In this document: one piece after another, positions 38,624 through 48,388 of the stretch | Layout of the letters: every line of letters starts with the position of its first letter | Numbering within the stretch: the stretch's first letter is position 1 | DNA from: Nocardioides sp. | Lineage (GTDB): Bacteria > Actinomycetota > Actinomycetes > Propionibacteriales > Nocardioidaceae | NCBI RefSeq assembly: GCF_036401255.1 | Contig: NZ_DASWVI010000147.1 | Coordinates: forward strand, 1 to 60,212 | DNA length: 60,212 bases | Direction: 5' to 3' | Notes under the pieces: model-generated | Told to the model about the DNA's origin: nothing | Database searches by the model: none | What the model saw: the letters and a program-made list of their open reading frames with translations, nothing else | Made by a program: the position numbers and the translations under genes

Positions 38624-39540
38624 ATGTCGAACCTCGTCATCTTGCGGATCAGGTAGTAGCCGAGCACGAACAACGAGCCGGCGATGACCAGAGAGATCTG
38701 CCCGACGATCTGCCCGGTCATCGCCTCGACCGACCCGGGCTGGATGGTGTTGAGCATGAACAGCATGCCGACGCCGAGCAGGATGACGAGGTAGCCGGTG
38801 GCCAGGGCCTGGGCGAGCGTGGTCCGGATCTCGCGGCGGGTCTCCTTGCGGGCCTCGAGCGTGTCCGCGATGTCGCGCAGCGAGGTCACCAGCGAGCCGC
38901 CGCTGCGGGAGCAGACCACCAGCGTCGACAGGAGCACCCCGACCTCGCGGGAGGGCAGCCGACTCCCCATGTCGTCGAGCGCGGTCTCCAGATCGGTGCC
39001 GAACCGCAGCGCGTCGGCCACGTGTCGCAGCTCGGTTCCGGCCGGCGCGGCCAGCTCCTCGCCCGCGATCCCGATGGCGGTCGAGATCGACAGGCCCGCG
39101 TTGGTCGCGTTGGCCAGCACGCGGGCGACCTCGGGCATCTGGACGATGAACGCCTCGAGCCGGCGCGCCTTGGCGCGACGGATGTAGGCACGCAGGGCGA
39201 ACCCGCCGATGCTCACGCCCAGGATGCCGAACACCGGCGCCAGGGCGGTCCACAGCAGGTAGGCGGCCAGGAGGCTGACGCCGCTCGCGACCAGGACGAC
39301 GCTGAGCGCACGCTGACGGATGCCGGCCAGGACCAGCTCGCGCTCGACGGCCACGCCGAGCCGAGTACGCCGGAAGCTGCGGTTGAGGCGGTCGAGCAGG
39401 GGCTGGTCCTCGGCCTGGTCGTAGCCGGCGACGGCCGCCGCGATGCGGCGCCGCTCCGTGGCGACCGATGACAGCGACCGCAGGCCGAGCAGACCGAACA
39501 GGACGGCGGCGACCGAGCACAGCAGTGCCGTCACGACCAT
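38620..39540 (-). CDS. tadB: Tad platform protein TadB (T2SS F family)
   Basis: QMPEVARVLANATNAGLS...SGGSLVTSLRDIADTL. Confidence 0.88.
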   Translation of the reverse strand: MVVTALLCSVAAVLFGLLGLRSLSSVATERRRIAAAVAGYDQAEDQPLLDRLNRSFRRTRLGVAVERELVLAGIRQRALSVVLVASGVSLLAAYLLWTALAPVFGILGVSIGGFALRAYIRRAKARRLEAFIVQMPEVARVLANATNAGLSISTAIGIAGEELAAPAGTELRHVADALRFGTDLETALDDMGSRLPSREVGVLLSTLVVCSRSGGSLVTSLRDIADTLEARKETRREIRTTLAQALATGYLVILLGVGMLFMLNTIQPGSVEAMTGQIVGQISLVIAGSLFVLGYYLIRKMTRFDI

Positions 39541-40910
39541 GAGACGCCACCCCCACTGTCCAGACCGGTCAGGCCGTCGGCGGCGTGGAAGCCCGCCGGC
39601 AGCTGCTCGGACCGCTCCTGGAGCCGGGCCACGAGGCGCGGGTGCACGGGGTGGCGGACGAACGCACCGCGCGCGCCTGCCTCTCCGGGCGCGTGCGGGT
39701 CCCAGTGGACGATCCGGCTCAGCTCGAAGTCCTCCCGGCGCCGCGAGGAGAGATAGCTGACCTCGACGACGCGGCGGGTGCCGTCGGCGGACCGCACGAG
39801 CTGCACGACCAGGTCGATCGAGGAGTTCACCTGCTCGCGCAGGGCATGGAAGGGGATCTCCACGTCGGACATCGCCGCCATGGTCTCCATCCGCGACAGG
39901 GCGTCATCGGTGGTGTTGGCGTGCACGGTCGTGAGCGAGCCCTCATGGCCGGTGTTCATCGCCTGGAGCATGTCGAGCGCCTCGCCGCCGCGACACTCGC
40001 CGACGACGATCCGGTCGGGACGCATGCGCAGCGCGTTGCGCACCAGGTCGCGGATGGTCACCTCACCGCGACCCTCGACATTGGCCGGCCGGGTCTCGAG
40101 CTGGACCACGTGCTCCTGCTCCAGCGAGAGCTCGGCCGCGTCCTCGATCGTGACGATGCGCTCCCGGCCCGGGATGAAGGCCGACAGGGCGTTGAGCATC
40201 GTCGTCTTGCCCGAGGCGGTCCCGCCCGAGACGACGATGTTGAGCCGCGCCCGGACCGCGGCCTCGAGTAGCTGGGCGGTCGCCGAGTCGACGGCGCTGC
40301 GCTGGATCAGCTCGTCCATGCCGTAGCGCCGAGGGAACAGCCGGATCGTGACCGTCGGGCCGCGCAGCGCCAACGGCGGGAGCACGACGTTGACGCGTGC
40401 ACCGCGCGGCAGCCGAGAGTCGGGAGGCAGCCGGGCGTCGACCATCGGGCTGGACTCGTCCACGCGGCGGTTCACGGTCGAGACCACCCGGTCGATCGTC
40501 TGCAGCAGCTGCTCGTTGCTGGTGAAGCCCGACGGGATCCGCTCGAGCACGCCGTAGCGCTCGACGTACACGGTGTCGTGCCCGTTGATCATGATCTCGC
40601 TGACCGCCGGGTCGGCGAGGATCGGCTCGAGCACACCGAGACCGACGGCCTCGTCGACCACCCGGCGGACCAGGCTGGTGCGCTCCCGGGTGCTGAGGAT
40701 GATGCCCTCGCGCGAGACCAGGTGGTTGAGCACCCGCTCCAGGCGGGTACGCCGCTGCGCCTCGTCGAGGCGCCCGACCTCGGTCAGGTCGACCTCGTCG
40801 AGCAGCAGGCGCTTGAGGCGCCGCACCAGCAGCTCATCGGAGCTCTCGCTGGCGCCGAGCTCGACGCCGTTGCCCGCGACGCCGGCGAAACCCCGGTAGC
40901 CGCCGCTCAC
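39531..40910 (-). CDS. tadA: Tad assembly ATPase TadA/CpaF
   Basis: [49 protein letters not shown]. Confidence 0.95.
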   Translation of the reverse strand: MSGGYRGFAGVAGNGVELGASESSDELLVRRLKRLLLDEVDLTEVGRLDEAQRRTRLERVLNHLVSREGIILSTRERTSLVRRVVDEAVGLGVLEPILADPAVSEIMINGHDTVYVERYGVLERIPSGFTSNEQLLQTIDRVVSTVNRRVDESSPMVDARLPPDSRLPRGARVNVVLPPLALRGPTVTIRLFPRRYGMDELIQRSAVDSATAQLLEAAVRARLNIVVSGGTASGKTTMLNALSAFIPGRERIVTIEDAAELSLEQEHVVQLETRPANVEGRGEVTIRDLVRNALRMRPDRIVVGECRGGEALDMLQAMNTGHEGSLTTVHANTTDDALSRMETMAAMSDVEIPFHALREQVNSSIDLVVQLVRSADGTRRVVEVSYLSSRRREDFELSRIVHWDPHAPGEAGARGAFVRHPVHPRLVARLQERSEQLPAGFHAADGLTGLDSGGGVSWS

Positions 40911-41242
40911 GGCGCCACCGCCATCGCGACCTCGCGCTCGACCGTGAACGCCGGCAGGGGGGCGACCCGCGGCACCTCGACCACGAGCTTCACCGAGTCA
41001 CCCGACACGTCGACGCGGGACACGTGGAGCCCCGCCGGCAGGGCGTCCTCCGCCGCGGCGACGGGGTCGCGTCCGAGGCTCTGGGCGCGCGCGGACTGTC
41101 GTGCCGCCTCCTGGGTCTGCGAAGCGGCCCACCCCGCGACGCCCACCTGGAGGGTGTAGAGCGCGACGAGCACGAGCAGCGGCACCAACGCGACCACCTC
41201 GATGGCGACCGTGCCACGCTCATCACGACGACGGCTGCTCAT
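40907..41242 (-). CDS. TadE-like pseudopilin
   Basis: MSSRRRDERG|TVAIEVVALVP...EAARQSARA. Confidence 0.85.
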   Translation of the reverse strand: MSSRRRDERGTVAIEVVALVPLLVLVALYTLQVGVAGWAASQTQEAARQSARAQSLGRDPVAAAEDALPAGLHVSRVDVSGDSVKLVVEVPRVAPLPAFTVEREVAMAVAP

Positions 41243-42795
41243 GGCTCCTCCACCACCTGCGAGGTCTGGGAGATGTGGCCGGGCAGCTCGGCGCACCCGG
41301 GACAGAGGGCGGGAATGTCCATCGTCACCTTGACCGTCCCGTCGCCGAGCACGCTGACGTGCACCTGGTCCTGGATCGATGCCGGAACGGCGTCGCGGGC
41401 CGCGGCCGCGGGGTCCTCCCCGATCGCCTGGGCTCGCGCCGCGGCGTTGGCGGCATGCCCGTTCCACACGAAGGCCAACGCGGTCAGGCCCACCTGCCAG
41501 GCCAGCAGCACGACGAGGATCACGAGCGGCACGAGGACGACGGTCTCCACCGCGACCTGACCCGTCTCGACGGCGGCGCGACGTGCGCCCCCGCGGCGCC
41601 GTGCCGGAGCGCGGGTCGGCGGCTCCGCGACCGCGACGCCGCTCACCCCGATCTCGGCACCGATCCGCTCCAGGGCCGACCACCAGGCGGCCTCGCGGAC
41701 CTCGCCCGGGTCGCGGGAGTTCACGGCGCGCTCGAGGCGGCGGAAGGTCGCGGGCAGCCGGGTCGAGACGACCTTCGCCGAGGTCAACCGGGCCAGGGCG
41801 TCGGGGTTGAGGACGTCCTCGCGCGAGACCCGGTTGACCAGGACGTTCAGGTCCTGCTCGGCGCTGACGCCCAAGCTCTCCCACGCCTGCACGGTGCGCC
41901 GGAACGACCGCATCGCCAGCACGTCCGGCGTCACGACCGTCACGACCGTGTCCGCCACCTCGACGGCCGCGGCCTGCGCCGGCGTGGCGTGGGAGCCTCC
42001 GTCGACGATGATCACGTCGAACTCCTGGCGCAGCAGGCCGAGGATCGCACGCACGGCGGCAGGGGTGACGTACTCGGTCTCGGCGACCTGCATCGGCGTG
42101 AGCAGCAGGGAGATGCCCGACTCGTGCTGGACCAGCGCGTCCAGGATCGTCGCGGGCGAGAGGTCCTCGGCGACCTTCGCGACGTCGGCGATCGAGACCC
42201 GCTGTCGGGCCTCGAGGATGCTCGAGACGTCACCGGCCTGCAGGTCGAGGTCGACCAGGCAGACCCGCAGACCGGAGACCTTCCGGCGCAGGTCGAGCGC
42301 CATGTGAGTGGCGATCGTGGTCGTCCCCACGCCACCCTTCGCGCCGGCGAACACCGTCACCCGCCCGTGCCGACCGAGCGCCTGGGTGGTGTCGGCGACC
42401 GTGCCGGACAGCAGTCCCCCCATGCGCTCGGACCACTCCCGGGCCGCCTCGTAGCGTCCGAGCAGGTCGTCGAAGGAGATGGGGTAGGAGACGACGCCCT
42501 TGGCGCCGGCCTCCATCGCCTTCAGCGCGCCCTCGACGTCGCCGGAGGAGTTGAGGACGACCACCCCGCTGGCCGGGGAGCGGAACACGATCTCGCGCAC
42601 GACCTCCGGCGCGCTCTGCGGGCCGAGCCGGTCGTGGACGACCACGACGTCCGGCCGGAGCCGGCCCACGGCGGCCGACAGCTCCCCGGTCGACTGCTCG
42701 TAGGTCACCACCTCGGCGCCGTCGATCTCGGCCAACAGGCTGCGGATCTCGCTCTGGACACCCTGGTCGGCCGCGCCGACCACCACCTTGGTCAC
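41239..42795 (-). CDS. TadZ/CpaE (receiver-like + MinD/ParA ATPase) fused to a C-terminal TadE pseudopilin
   Basis: GAKGGVGTTT, LVDLDLQAGD; then RRRGGARRAAVETG|QVAVETVVLVPLVILVVLLAWQV...AANAAARA in the same frame. Confidence 0.85.
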   Translation of the reverse strand: MTKVVVGAADQGVQSEIRSLLAEIDGAEVVTYEQSTGELSAAVGRLRPDVVVVHDRLGPQSAPEVVREIVFRSPASGVVVLNSSGDVEGALKAMEAGAKGVVSYPISFDDLLGRYEAAREWSERMGGLLSGTVADTTQALGRHGRVTVFAGAKGGVGTTTIATHMALDLRRKVSGLRVCLVDLDLQAGDVSSILEARQRVSIADVAKVAEDLSPATILDALVQHESGISLLLTPMQVAETEYVTPAAVRAILGLLRQEFDVIIVDGGSHATPAQAAAVEVADTVVTVVTPDVLAMRSFRRTVQAWESLGVSAEQDLNVLVNRVSREDVLNPDALARLTSAKVVSTRLPATFRRLERAVNSRDPGEVREAAWWSALERIGAEIGVSGVAVAEPPTRAPARRRGGARRAAVETGQVAVETVVLVPLVILVVLLAWQVGLTALAFVWNGHAANAAARAQAIGEDPAAAARDAVPASIQDQVHVSVLGDGTVKVTMDIPALCPGCAELPGHISQTSQVVEEP

Positions 42796-43523
42796 TGTGC
42801 CTCCTCCGGGATCGCCTTGCCGCCGAGGTCGCTCGCGTCGAACTCGTCGACCTCGCGCGACCGGTTGGTGCCCACGTCGCCGGGCAGGGCGACGAGCCGG
42901 ACCTCCTGGGCGAACGCCGCCGCATAGGTCACCGACAGCGCGTCCTCGGGCTCCAGCGCGAGCGTCACCGGGACGACGTCCTTGGTGTTGGCCACGCTGC
43001 CCTCGTCGTCGACCGTGATGGTCTGCTGACCGCCGATCGAGACGATGCGGACGTCGCGCACGAGGACCCGGGCCTGCTTGGGCAGACCCGGCACATCGGC
43101 GAACACCGCGACGATGTCGACCCGGTCGCCCGGGCGGACCCGGCCGGCGACCCCGGTCACGCTGTTGACGTTGATCGCGATCTCACGCTCGGTGGGGCTG
43201 AGGTCCGTCGAAGGGATCAGCATGTCGGAGGTCACCACGGTGCCGGTGGCGAGGGGGAACGACACCCGCCGCCCCTCGAGCTCACGCAGGCTGGTGACCG
43301 CGGTCCGTGCCGCCCAGCGCCGAGGCACCTCGATCGCGTGCAGGTTGGAGGCGCCCAGAGGGCTGTAGGCGTCGACGGGCTTCGCCACCTCGTAGACGGT
43401 GATCCGTGGGCCGACCTGACTGTCGACGTCCTTGACGTAGTTGCTCACTGCGAAGAAGACGGCGAGCGACAAGGCCGCGGCGGCGAGAAGGAACAAGACG
43501 CCGCGACGCTGGCGGGGGTTCAC
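42792..43523 (-). CDS. cpaB: Flp pilus assembly protein CpaB/RcpC
   Basis: N-terminal TM, SAF-like domain, GVAGRVRPGDRVDIVA, VTLALEPEDA. Confidence 0.88.
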   Translation of the reverse strand: MNPRQRRGVLFLLAAAALSLAVFFAVSNYVKDVDSQVGPRITVYEVAKPVDAYSPLGASNLHAIEVPRRWAARTAVTSLRELEGRRVSFPLATGTVVTSDMLIPSTDLSPTEREIAINVNSVTGVAGRVRPGDRVDIVAVFADVPGLPKQARVLVRDVRIVSIGGQQTITVDDEGSVANTKDVVPVTLALEPEDALSVTYAAAFAQEVRLVALPGDVGTNRSREVDEFDASDLGGKAIPEEAQ

Positions 43524-44437
43524 TGGGTGGCTCCTCCGGCGGTGCTGAGCGATGCGAGGTGGGGTGCGGTCGCCGGTGGCGGGGTGCCGGCGGGCTGGGC
43601 GGTCACCGGGACCGCGGGGCCAGGGATCGCGCGGACCCGGCAGAAGGCACAGTCGTGGCCCCAGACGGCCTCATCGCAGATCGGGCAGCGGCCCGTGGCG
43701 GGCGAGAGCTCCGCGACCCCTGGCCACGCGACCACGAACTCGACCGCCTTCGCGGTCCCCCAGACCGGCGTGGGATCACTGGTCGCCTCCCGGCGGACCG
43801 GCCGGCTGGTGAGCCCCATCGAGAAGAGTGTCGCGACGGCGACCTCGGGAAGCTCACCGAAGGCGTGGCAGTCGTAGGCCGTGGCCACCACCCCGCGCGG
43901 GGGCACCCGCGGGAGCTGTCGGTCGGGCGCGAGCTGTCCGATCGGGAGCTTGGCCACCCACCCCGGGTCGCCGTGGACGGCCAGGTAGCCGGACCGGTCC
44001 CGCAGCCAGGAGTGCACGTGCTGGCGCAGGGTCGGCGCCGGGGTGGTCAGCTTGGCGACCGACGGCAGCCAGGCGCCCCAGGTCAGGGCATCGAGCCGGG
44101 CCCGGACGTCGGCGAAGACGGCGTTGGCGCCGTGGACCCGGTCGGGCACCATCTCGACCGCACGCATCATGGCCGTCGTGGAGAACGGCACCGCGACGAC
44201 GCGCACGCTGAGCTCGGGGCGGACCGCAGCGACGGTGGCTGCCGCGACGTGCGCAGGGCCCGACCCAGCCTGCGGGCTGAGGACGAGGAGCTGTCGTGTC
44301 GTAGGCGAGAGCACCGTCTCGTCCGTGGCCAAGGAGGTCGGGTCAGACCACGGATGAACCTGCCACGACCCCCAGGTCGCAGTCCCCCGTGGCCTGGCGA
44401 CCGGGTGCTCCTCGAGGAGCGCAACCGCCAGTGTCAT
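43520..44437 (-). CDS. hypothetical protein with C-terminal zinc ribbon, first gene of the tad operon
   Basis: CPIC-x8-CAFC; GTGA coupling to cpaB. Confidence 0.7.
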   Translation of the reverse strand: MTLAVALLEEHPVARPRGTATWGSWQVHPWSDPTSLATDETVLSPTTRQLLVLSPQAGSGPAHVAAATVAAVRPELSVRVVAVPFSTTAMMRAVEMVPDRVHGANAVFADVRARLDALTWGAWLPSVAKLTTPAPTLRQHVHSWLRDRSGYLAVHGDPGWVAKLPIGQLAPDRQLPRVPPRGVVATAYDCHAFGELPEVAVATLFSMGLTSRPVRREATSDPTPVWGTAKAVEFVVAWPGVAELSPATGRCPICDEAVWGHDCAFCRVRAIPGPAVPVTAQPAGTPPPATAPHLASLSTAGGATQ

Positions 44438-44586
44438 GGTCCGTGCATACCCCGTTGTGCGCCGGCCTAACCGCGCGGCTCGGAATGGCTTCGGCGCCGC
44501 GGGATGCGGGTAGCCTCTGCGTGCGCGGCAGCGCAGCCGGACGAGGATCCGCGCGCTGGCGCGGACAAGGGGGAGGAGCGTTCGGG

Positions 44587-45219
44587 GTGGCGGACGGAGA
44601 GTCGCTGGCTCGTCGGCTGCTCGGCGGTGGCCACGGGCGGGACCAGCGAGCGCCGCGGCTGCGCGACACCGCCCGCATCCGGCGCCGGCGGGCCTGGGTC
44701 GCGATCGCGCTGCTCGTGCTCGGCCTCGGGTGCGCCGGGTTCGGCGTCGTCGCCGGCCGGGCCGCGCCGCCGAGCCCGATCCAGCTCGATCCCGACGGCG
44801 TCACCTCGGTCCCTGCGACGCACTTCTACCAGAGTCCGTGGGTGCTCTACGGACAGGTCGACGATCCCCGGCGGGTGCCATCCCTCACCGACGTGGGGTG
44901 CGCGCCGGACGGCGACCTGCGCCTCCCCGAGCAGCCGGACGACATGACGCAGTACGGGTCGCGGGTCATCGACGGGGTCTCGATCGCGGCGCTCGCCCTG
45001 CTCTCCCGGTCCGGGAGCCAAGCGTCGGTGCGGTGCAGCGACGCCGCGGACTACGCACCCTTGTGGCTGATGCCCTCGTCCGTCGCCGAGCCGTTCACCG
45101 CGACCGGCATCGCGATCCTCGGTGCCGTGCTCCTGGTGGTCGGCGCGTTGGTCCATCCGGCCACCGACGAGCTCCCGGCACGCTGGCGGGCAGCGCGCGG
45201 GCGACGCGACGAGCGCTGA
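44587..45219 (+). CDS. two-TM membrane protein with two-Cys extracytoplasmic domain
   Basis: RBS GAGGAG 8 nt before GTG; TM, WVLYG..DVGC..IDG..ASVRCS, TM; resembles 34014-34586. Confidence 0.65.
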   Translation: MADGESLARRLLGGGHGRDQRAPRLRDTARIRRRRAWVAIALLVLGLGCAGFGVVAGRAAPPSPIQLDPDGVTSVPATHFYQSPWVLYGQVDDPRRVPSLTDVGCAPDGDLRLPEQPDDMTQYGSRVIDGVSIAALALLSRSGSQASVRCSDAADYAPLWLMPSSVAEPFTATGIAILGAVLLVVGALVHPATDELPARWRAARGRRDER

Positions 45220-45232
45220 CGCGACCGTCCGG

Positions 45233-47146
45233 TCAGGCGGCCTGCCGGCGCCGCCACAGCAGGAGTGCGACGACCACGGCCGCGAGGCCGGCCGCGCCCA
45301 GCCCGGCGGCCACCAGCGTGGTCGCCGAGGAGTCGTCGTCCGACGACCCGGCCCCGGAGGCCGACGGGTCCTCGGTGGGCTCCGACGTCGGGCTCGTCTC
45401 GCCGCTGGGGCTCTCCGTCGAGCCGTCGCCACCGCTGGCGCCGGTGGCCACCGACCACGTCGCGCCACCGGCGTACGTCGGGCCGGCCGCCGCGTCGCCC
45501 ACGACCTCGACGTCGATGGTGATCGGCAGCTCGATGGTGTAGTCCTCCGGCTCGACCACGACCATCAGGTAGTAGTCGCCGGCGGTCGTGTAGTCGCCTC
45601 CGCCGTCGAACTTCGTCGGGAGCTCGGTCGGGACCCGGCTGACCGGTGCCGTCGCCGTGGTCAGGGTGGCGCCGTCAGCGGTCTCGGAGAAGGTCGCGTC
45701 GTCGGGGTAGCTCAGGCCGCCTTGCATCGGGTCGAAGAGCCGGATCCCTGCCAGCGGGGGGAACCGCCCGAACGCGTCCGCGGTCGCCCCGTGCGGCTGG
45801 GCGAACTTCACCGACACCCGGGCGGCCTGCCCGAACTCGAGCGGGATCCGGTACAGCAGCGCCTCACCCGGGACGACCGTGCTCGACCACCGGCCGGCGC
45901 CGATCTCGGTGGCATTGGCGAACGATGCGCCTCCGTCGACCTTCTGGGCGGAGCCCGAGACCTGGGGCGGTGTGACCTGGATGCCGCTCCCTGCGGGAGG
46001 CTCGTAGCCGGCGTCGGCGAGGGCCGGCTCCTCACTGACGCGCAGGCCGAACGGCACGACGCCGTCCGCACCTGGGCCGCGTGAGACCGTGATCCGGTAC
46101 TGCCCGGGCGCACCGCAGTCCGTGGTCGAGGTCTCGCCCTCGGTCGACGGTGCAGCGCTCGCCTCGACGCCCATGAGCATGCGGGTGTCGAGCAGGCGGG
46201 TCAGCCGGGCGTAGTCACAGCGCGCATCGTCCGGTCCGTAGATCGTCAGGTTGAACCCTTCGGCGATCTCGGCAGCTCCCTGGGTGATCGCGGCGGCCCG
46301 GATCGTCGTGTCGGCGGTCTGACGCTCGAAGACGTAGCTCTTCGTGGCGCCGGACCCGGCCAGGGTGTCGATCCAGTCGCCGACCGTGATCGGCGTGGGG
46401 TCGTTCTCCGGGCCGCCGGTGATCGGTTGGCCGGTCAGCGTGAAGGGCCGCACCGCCCGGCTGGCCACCCGGGCCAGCCTGCTCTCGATGTCGCCGGCGC
46501 TGTCGGCGTCGTAGTAGTGGCCGTTGCCAGCCTCCGCGATGCACCTGAGCTGGTCACGCGCCGCCCCGGAGACCGACAGACCCACCACGTCGATCTGCAG
46601 GTCGATGCCGCCCTTCTCCAGGTCGGCCGCCACCTTGCAGGGGTCGGGGTCACACGTCGACTCCCCGTCGGAGACCAGCACGATCGAGCGCGCTCCCTCC
46701 TCACCGAGGTCCTTCGCCGCCTGCTGCAGCGCGTACGGGATCGGCGTCTCGCCGTACGGCTTGTACTTCCCCACCGCCGCGGAGAGGTCCGCACGGTTGT
46801 CGGTCCCCGGCGGCACCACCAGCTGGCTGTCGGTGCACGCCCCCTTGTCGGTGCGCGAGAACACCTTCGCCCCGAACACCCTCAGGCCCACCTGCGCCTG
46901 GTCGGGCAGACCCTCGATGACCGTGTGCAACGCCGTCCGCGCGGCCTCGATCTTCGACTGGCCACCGCCCGCCGGCTCCGCCATCGACCCCGAGGAGTCC
47001 AGCAGCAGGACCATCCGGCCCAACCCGGCCTCGTCGTCACCAGCGGCCGCCGACGCGGTCGAGGGCACCGACGTGCCCGCCACCCCACCGACGCAGACCA
47101 CAGCCAAGAACACCAGCGCCACCACGCGACGCAGCCCGATCATCAT
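45233..47146 (-). CDS. surface-anchored vWA domain protein
   Basis: Signal peptide; MIDAS DSSGSM, GETPI, VSDGESTC; S/T/E/P linker; C-terminal TM + WRRR. Confidence 0.88.
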   Translation of the reverse strand: MMIGLRRVVALVFLAVVCVGGVAGTSVPSTASAAAGDDEAGLGRMVLLLDSSGSMAEPAGGGQSKIEAARTALHTVIEGLPDQAQVGLRVFGAKVFSRTDKGACTDSQLVVPPGTDNRADLSAAVGKYKPYGETPIPYALQQAAKDLGEEGARSIVLVSDGESTCDPDPCKVAADLEKGGIDLQIDVVGLSVSGAARDQLRCIAEAGNGHYYDADSAGDIESRLARVASRAVRPFTLTGQPITGGPENDPTPITVGDWIDTLAGSGATKSYVFERQTADTTIRAAAITQGAAEIAEGFNLTIYGPDDARCDYARLTRLLDTRMLMGVEASAAPSTEGETSTTDCGAPGQYRITVSRGPGADGVVPFGLRVSEEPALADAGYEPPAGSGIQVTPPQVSGSAQKVDGGASFANATEIGAGRWSSTVVPGEALLYRIPLEFGQAARVSVKFAQPHGATADAFGRFPPLAGIRLFDPMQGGLSYPDDATFSETADGATLTTATAPVSRVPTELPTKFDGGGDYTTAGDYYLMVVVEPEDYTIELPITIDVEVVGDAAAGPTYAGGATWSVATGASGGDGSTESPSGETSPTSEPTEDPSASGAGSSDDDSSATTLVAAGLGAAGLAAVVVALLLWRRRQAA

Positions 47147-47192
47147 GTTCACGACCTTTCCGTCCGGACCCGATCGCCAAACACCGTAGGTA

Positions 47193-47227
47193 TTCGCAAT
47201 AGCGAACGTCAAGGTTGCTTGTGCGAA
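47193..47227. promoter_or_regulatory. palindromic operator pair in a divergent promoter
   Basis: TTCGCAATAGCGAA (47193-47206) and degenerate GTTGCTTGTGCGAA (47214-47227), 21 bp apart. Confidence 0.55.
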
Positions 47228-47268
47228 CAGATCGGTCGTACGCTCTCGCTCACGAAGGGAGGCGCCGC

Positions 47269-47778
47269 GTGGACGAGGCGGACAAGATCGAGCAGCAGCG
47301 GCGCCTCTACGGCCAGCCGTTGGGCGACCTCGTCCGGCAGGTGACCGGCCGGCTGGGACTCACCCAGGCCCGGGTGGCGGACATCTTGGGGCTGAGCCCC
47401 GCGATGATGTCCCAGCTCGTCGGTGGCCATCGGGTCAAGATCGGCAACCCGCAGGCGGTCGCGCGGCTGCAGACGCTGCTGGCGCTGGCCGACGAGGCGC
47501 CCGCCCTCAGCGGCGAGGCGGTCGCGGGCCGGCTCGACGAGATCCGGGCCTCCCGTCCGGGACTCACCACCGGGCAGATGACGGCCACCACGAGTGTCGA
47601 CGCCGCCGAGATCGTCCGCCGGGTGCTGCGCGCGGTCGCCTCCGGGCGCGAGCTCGACGCGGCCGCCCAGCAGCTCCACGACACCGCACCCGCGCTGGCC
47701 GAGCTGCTGCGCGTCTACGGCACCGGCACGTCGGAGGAGGCGGCCCACCACCTCCAGGAGATCGCCCACCTGCTCTGA
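47269..47778 (+). CDS. XRE-like HTH DNA-binding protein
   Basis: LGLTQARVADILGLSPAMMSQLVGGHRVKIGNP; RBS GGGAGG. Confidence 0.82.
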   Translation: MDEADKIEQQRRLYGQPLGDLVRQVTGRLGLTQARVADILGLSPAMMSQLVGGHRVKIGNPQAVARLQTLLALADEAPALSGEAVAGRLDEIRASRPGLTTGQMTATTSVDAAEIVRRVLRAVASGRELDAAAQQLHDTAPALAELLRVYGTGTSEEAAHHLQEIAHLL

Positions 47779-47789
47779 CCGGTGCGAGC

Positions 47790-48248
47790 TCACCCGAGCC
47801 AGTGGCCACCGCGCATCAGCGTGCGGCCGGCGATCTCGTCGGCCTCGCGCCAGGCCTGCACCCGCTCGGGTCGCAGCACCGCGAAGACGTACGCCGCGTC
47901 CCCGCGCGGGTCCCAGTCCGCCTGAGCGGCGTACGCCGCACCGAGGCCGGCGTCCTCGTCGACGGGCACGAGGCGCTCGAGGACCGCGTCGACCATCGTG
48001 ACGTCGCGGGTCGGGCCGACCGCGAGCCGGGCCCGCCCCGACGCCGCGAGATCGCGCGCGGTGCGCGACCTCTCCTGCACGGCGATGACGAGCCGCTCGC
48101 CCGTCCACGCGAGCGACAGCGGCACCAGGTGCGCCTCGCCGGCGGCCGAGGCCGTGGCCACCCACACGTCGATCTCGGGCGTCGCCCACATCGCGAGCGT
48201 GTCGGCCTTGCGGGTCGCTCGGTCACGGGGGCCTCGGGGTCCGGTCAC
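47790..48248 (-). CDS. pyridoxamine 5'-phosphate oxidase-like flavin/F420-binding protein
   Basis: DVWVATAS..AHLVPLSLAW...GPTRDVTMVD...PERVQAWRE; start uncertain. Confidence 0.75.
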   Translation of the reverse strand: MTGPRGPRDRATRKADTLAMWATPEIDVWVATASAAGEAHLVPLSLAWTGERLVIAVQERSRTARDLAASGRARLAVGPTRDVTMVDAVLERLVPVDEDAGLGAAYAAQADWDPRGDAAYVFAVLRPERVQAWREADEIAGRTLMRGGHWLG

Positions 48249-48388
48249 GAGCGGCAGTCTGCCAGTGCGGTGGCCCGCACCGGGGCCGCCGGCGCCGCGC
48301 CCATGGCCCGAACGGGGTGGCCCGGGCGGCATCCGCTCCGTGACCTCCGCCTCCACCGGCGCGCGCCGTCCGGCTCTAGCGTCGAAGC

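Noticed and set aside
27218-47778. Tad region as a prophage, ICE or conjugative element
   Set aside because: No integrase, relaxase, VirB4/VirD4, phage genes, tRNA target or flanking direct repeats were seen.
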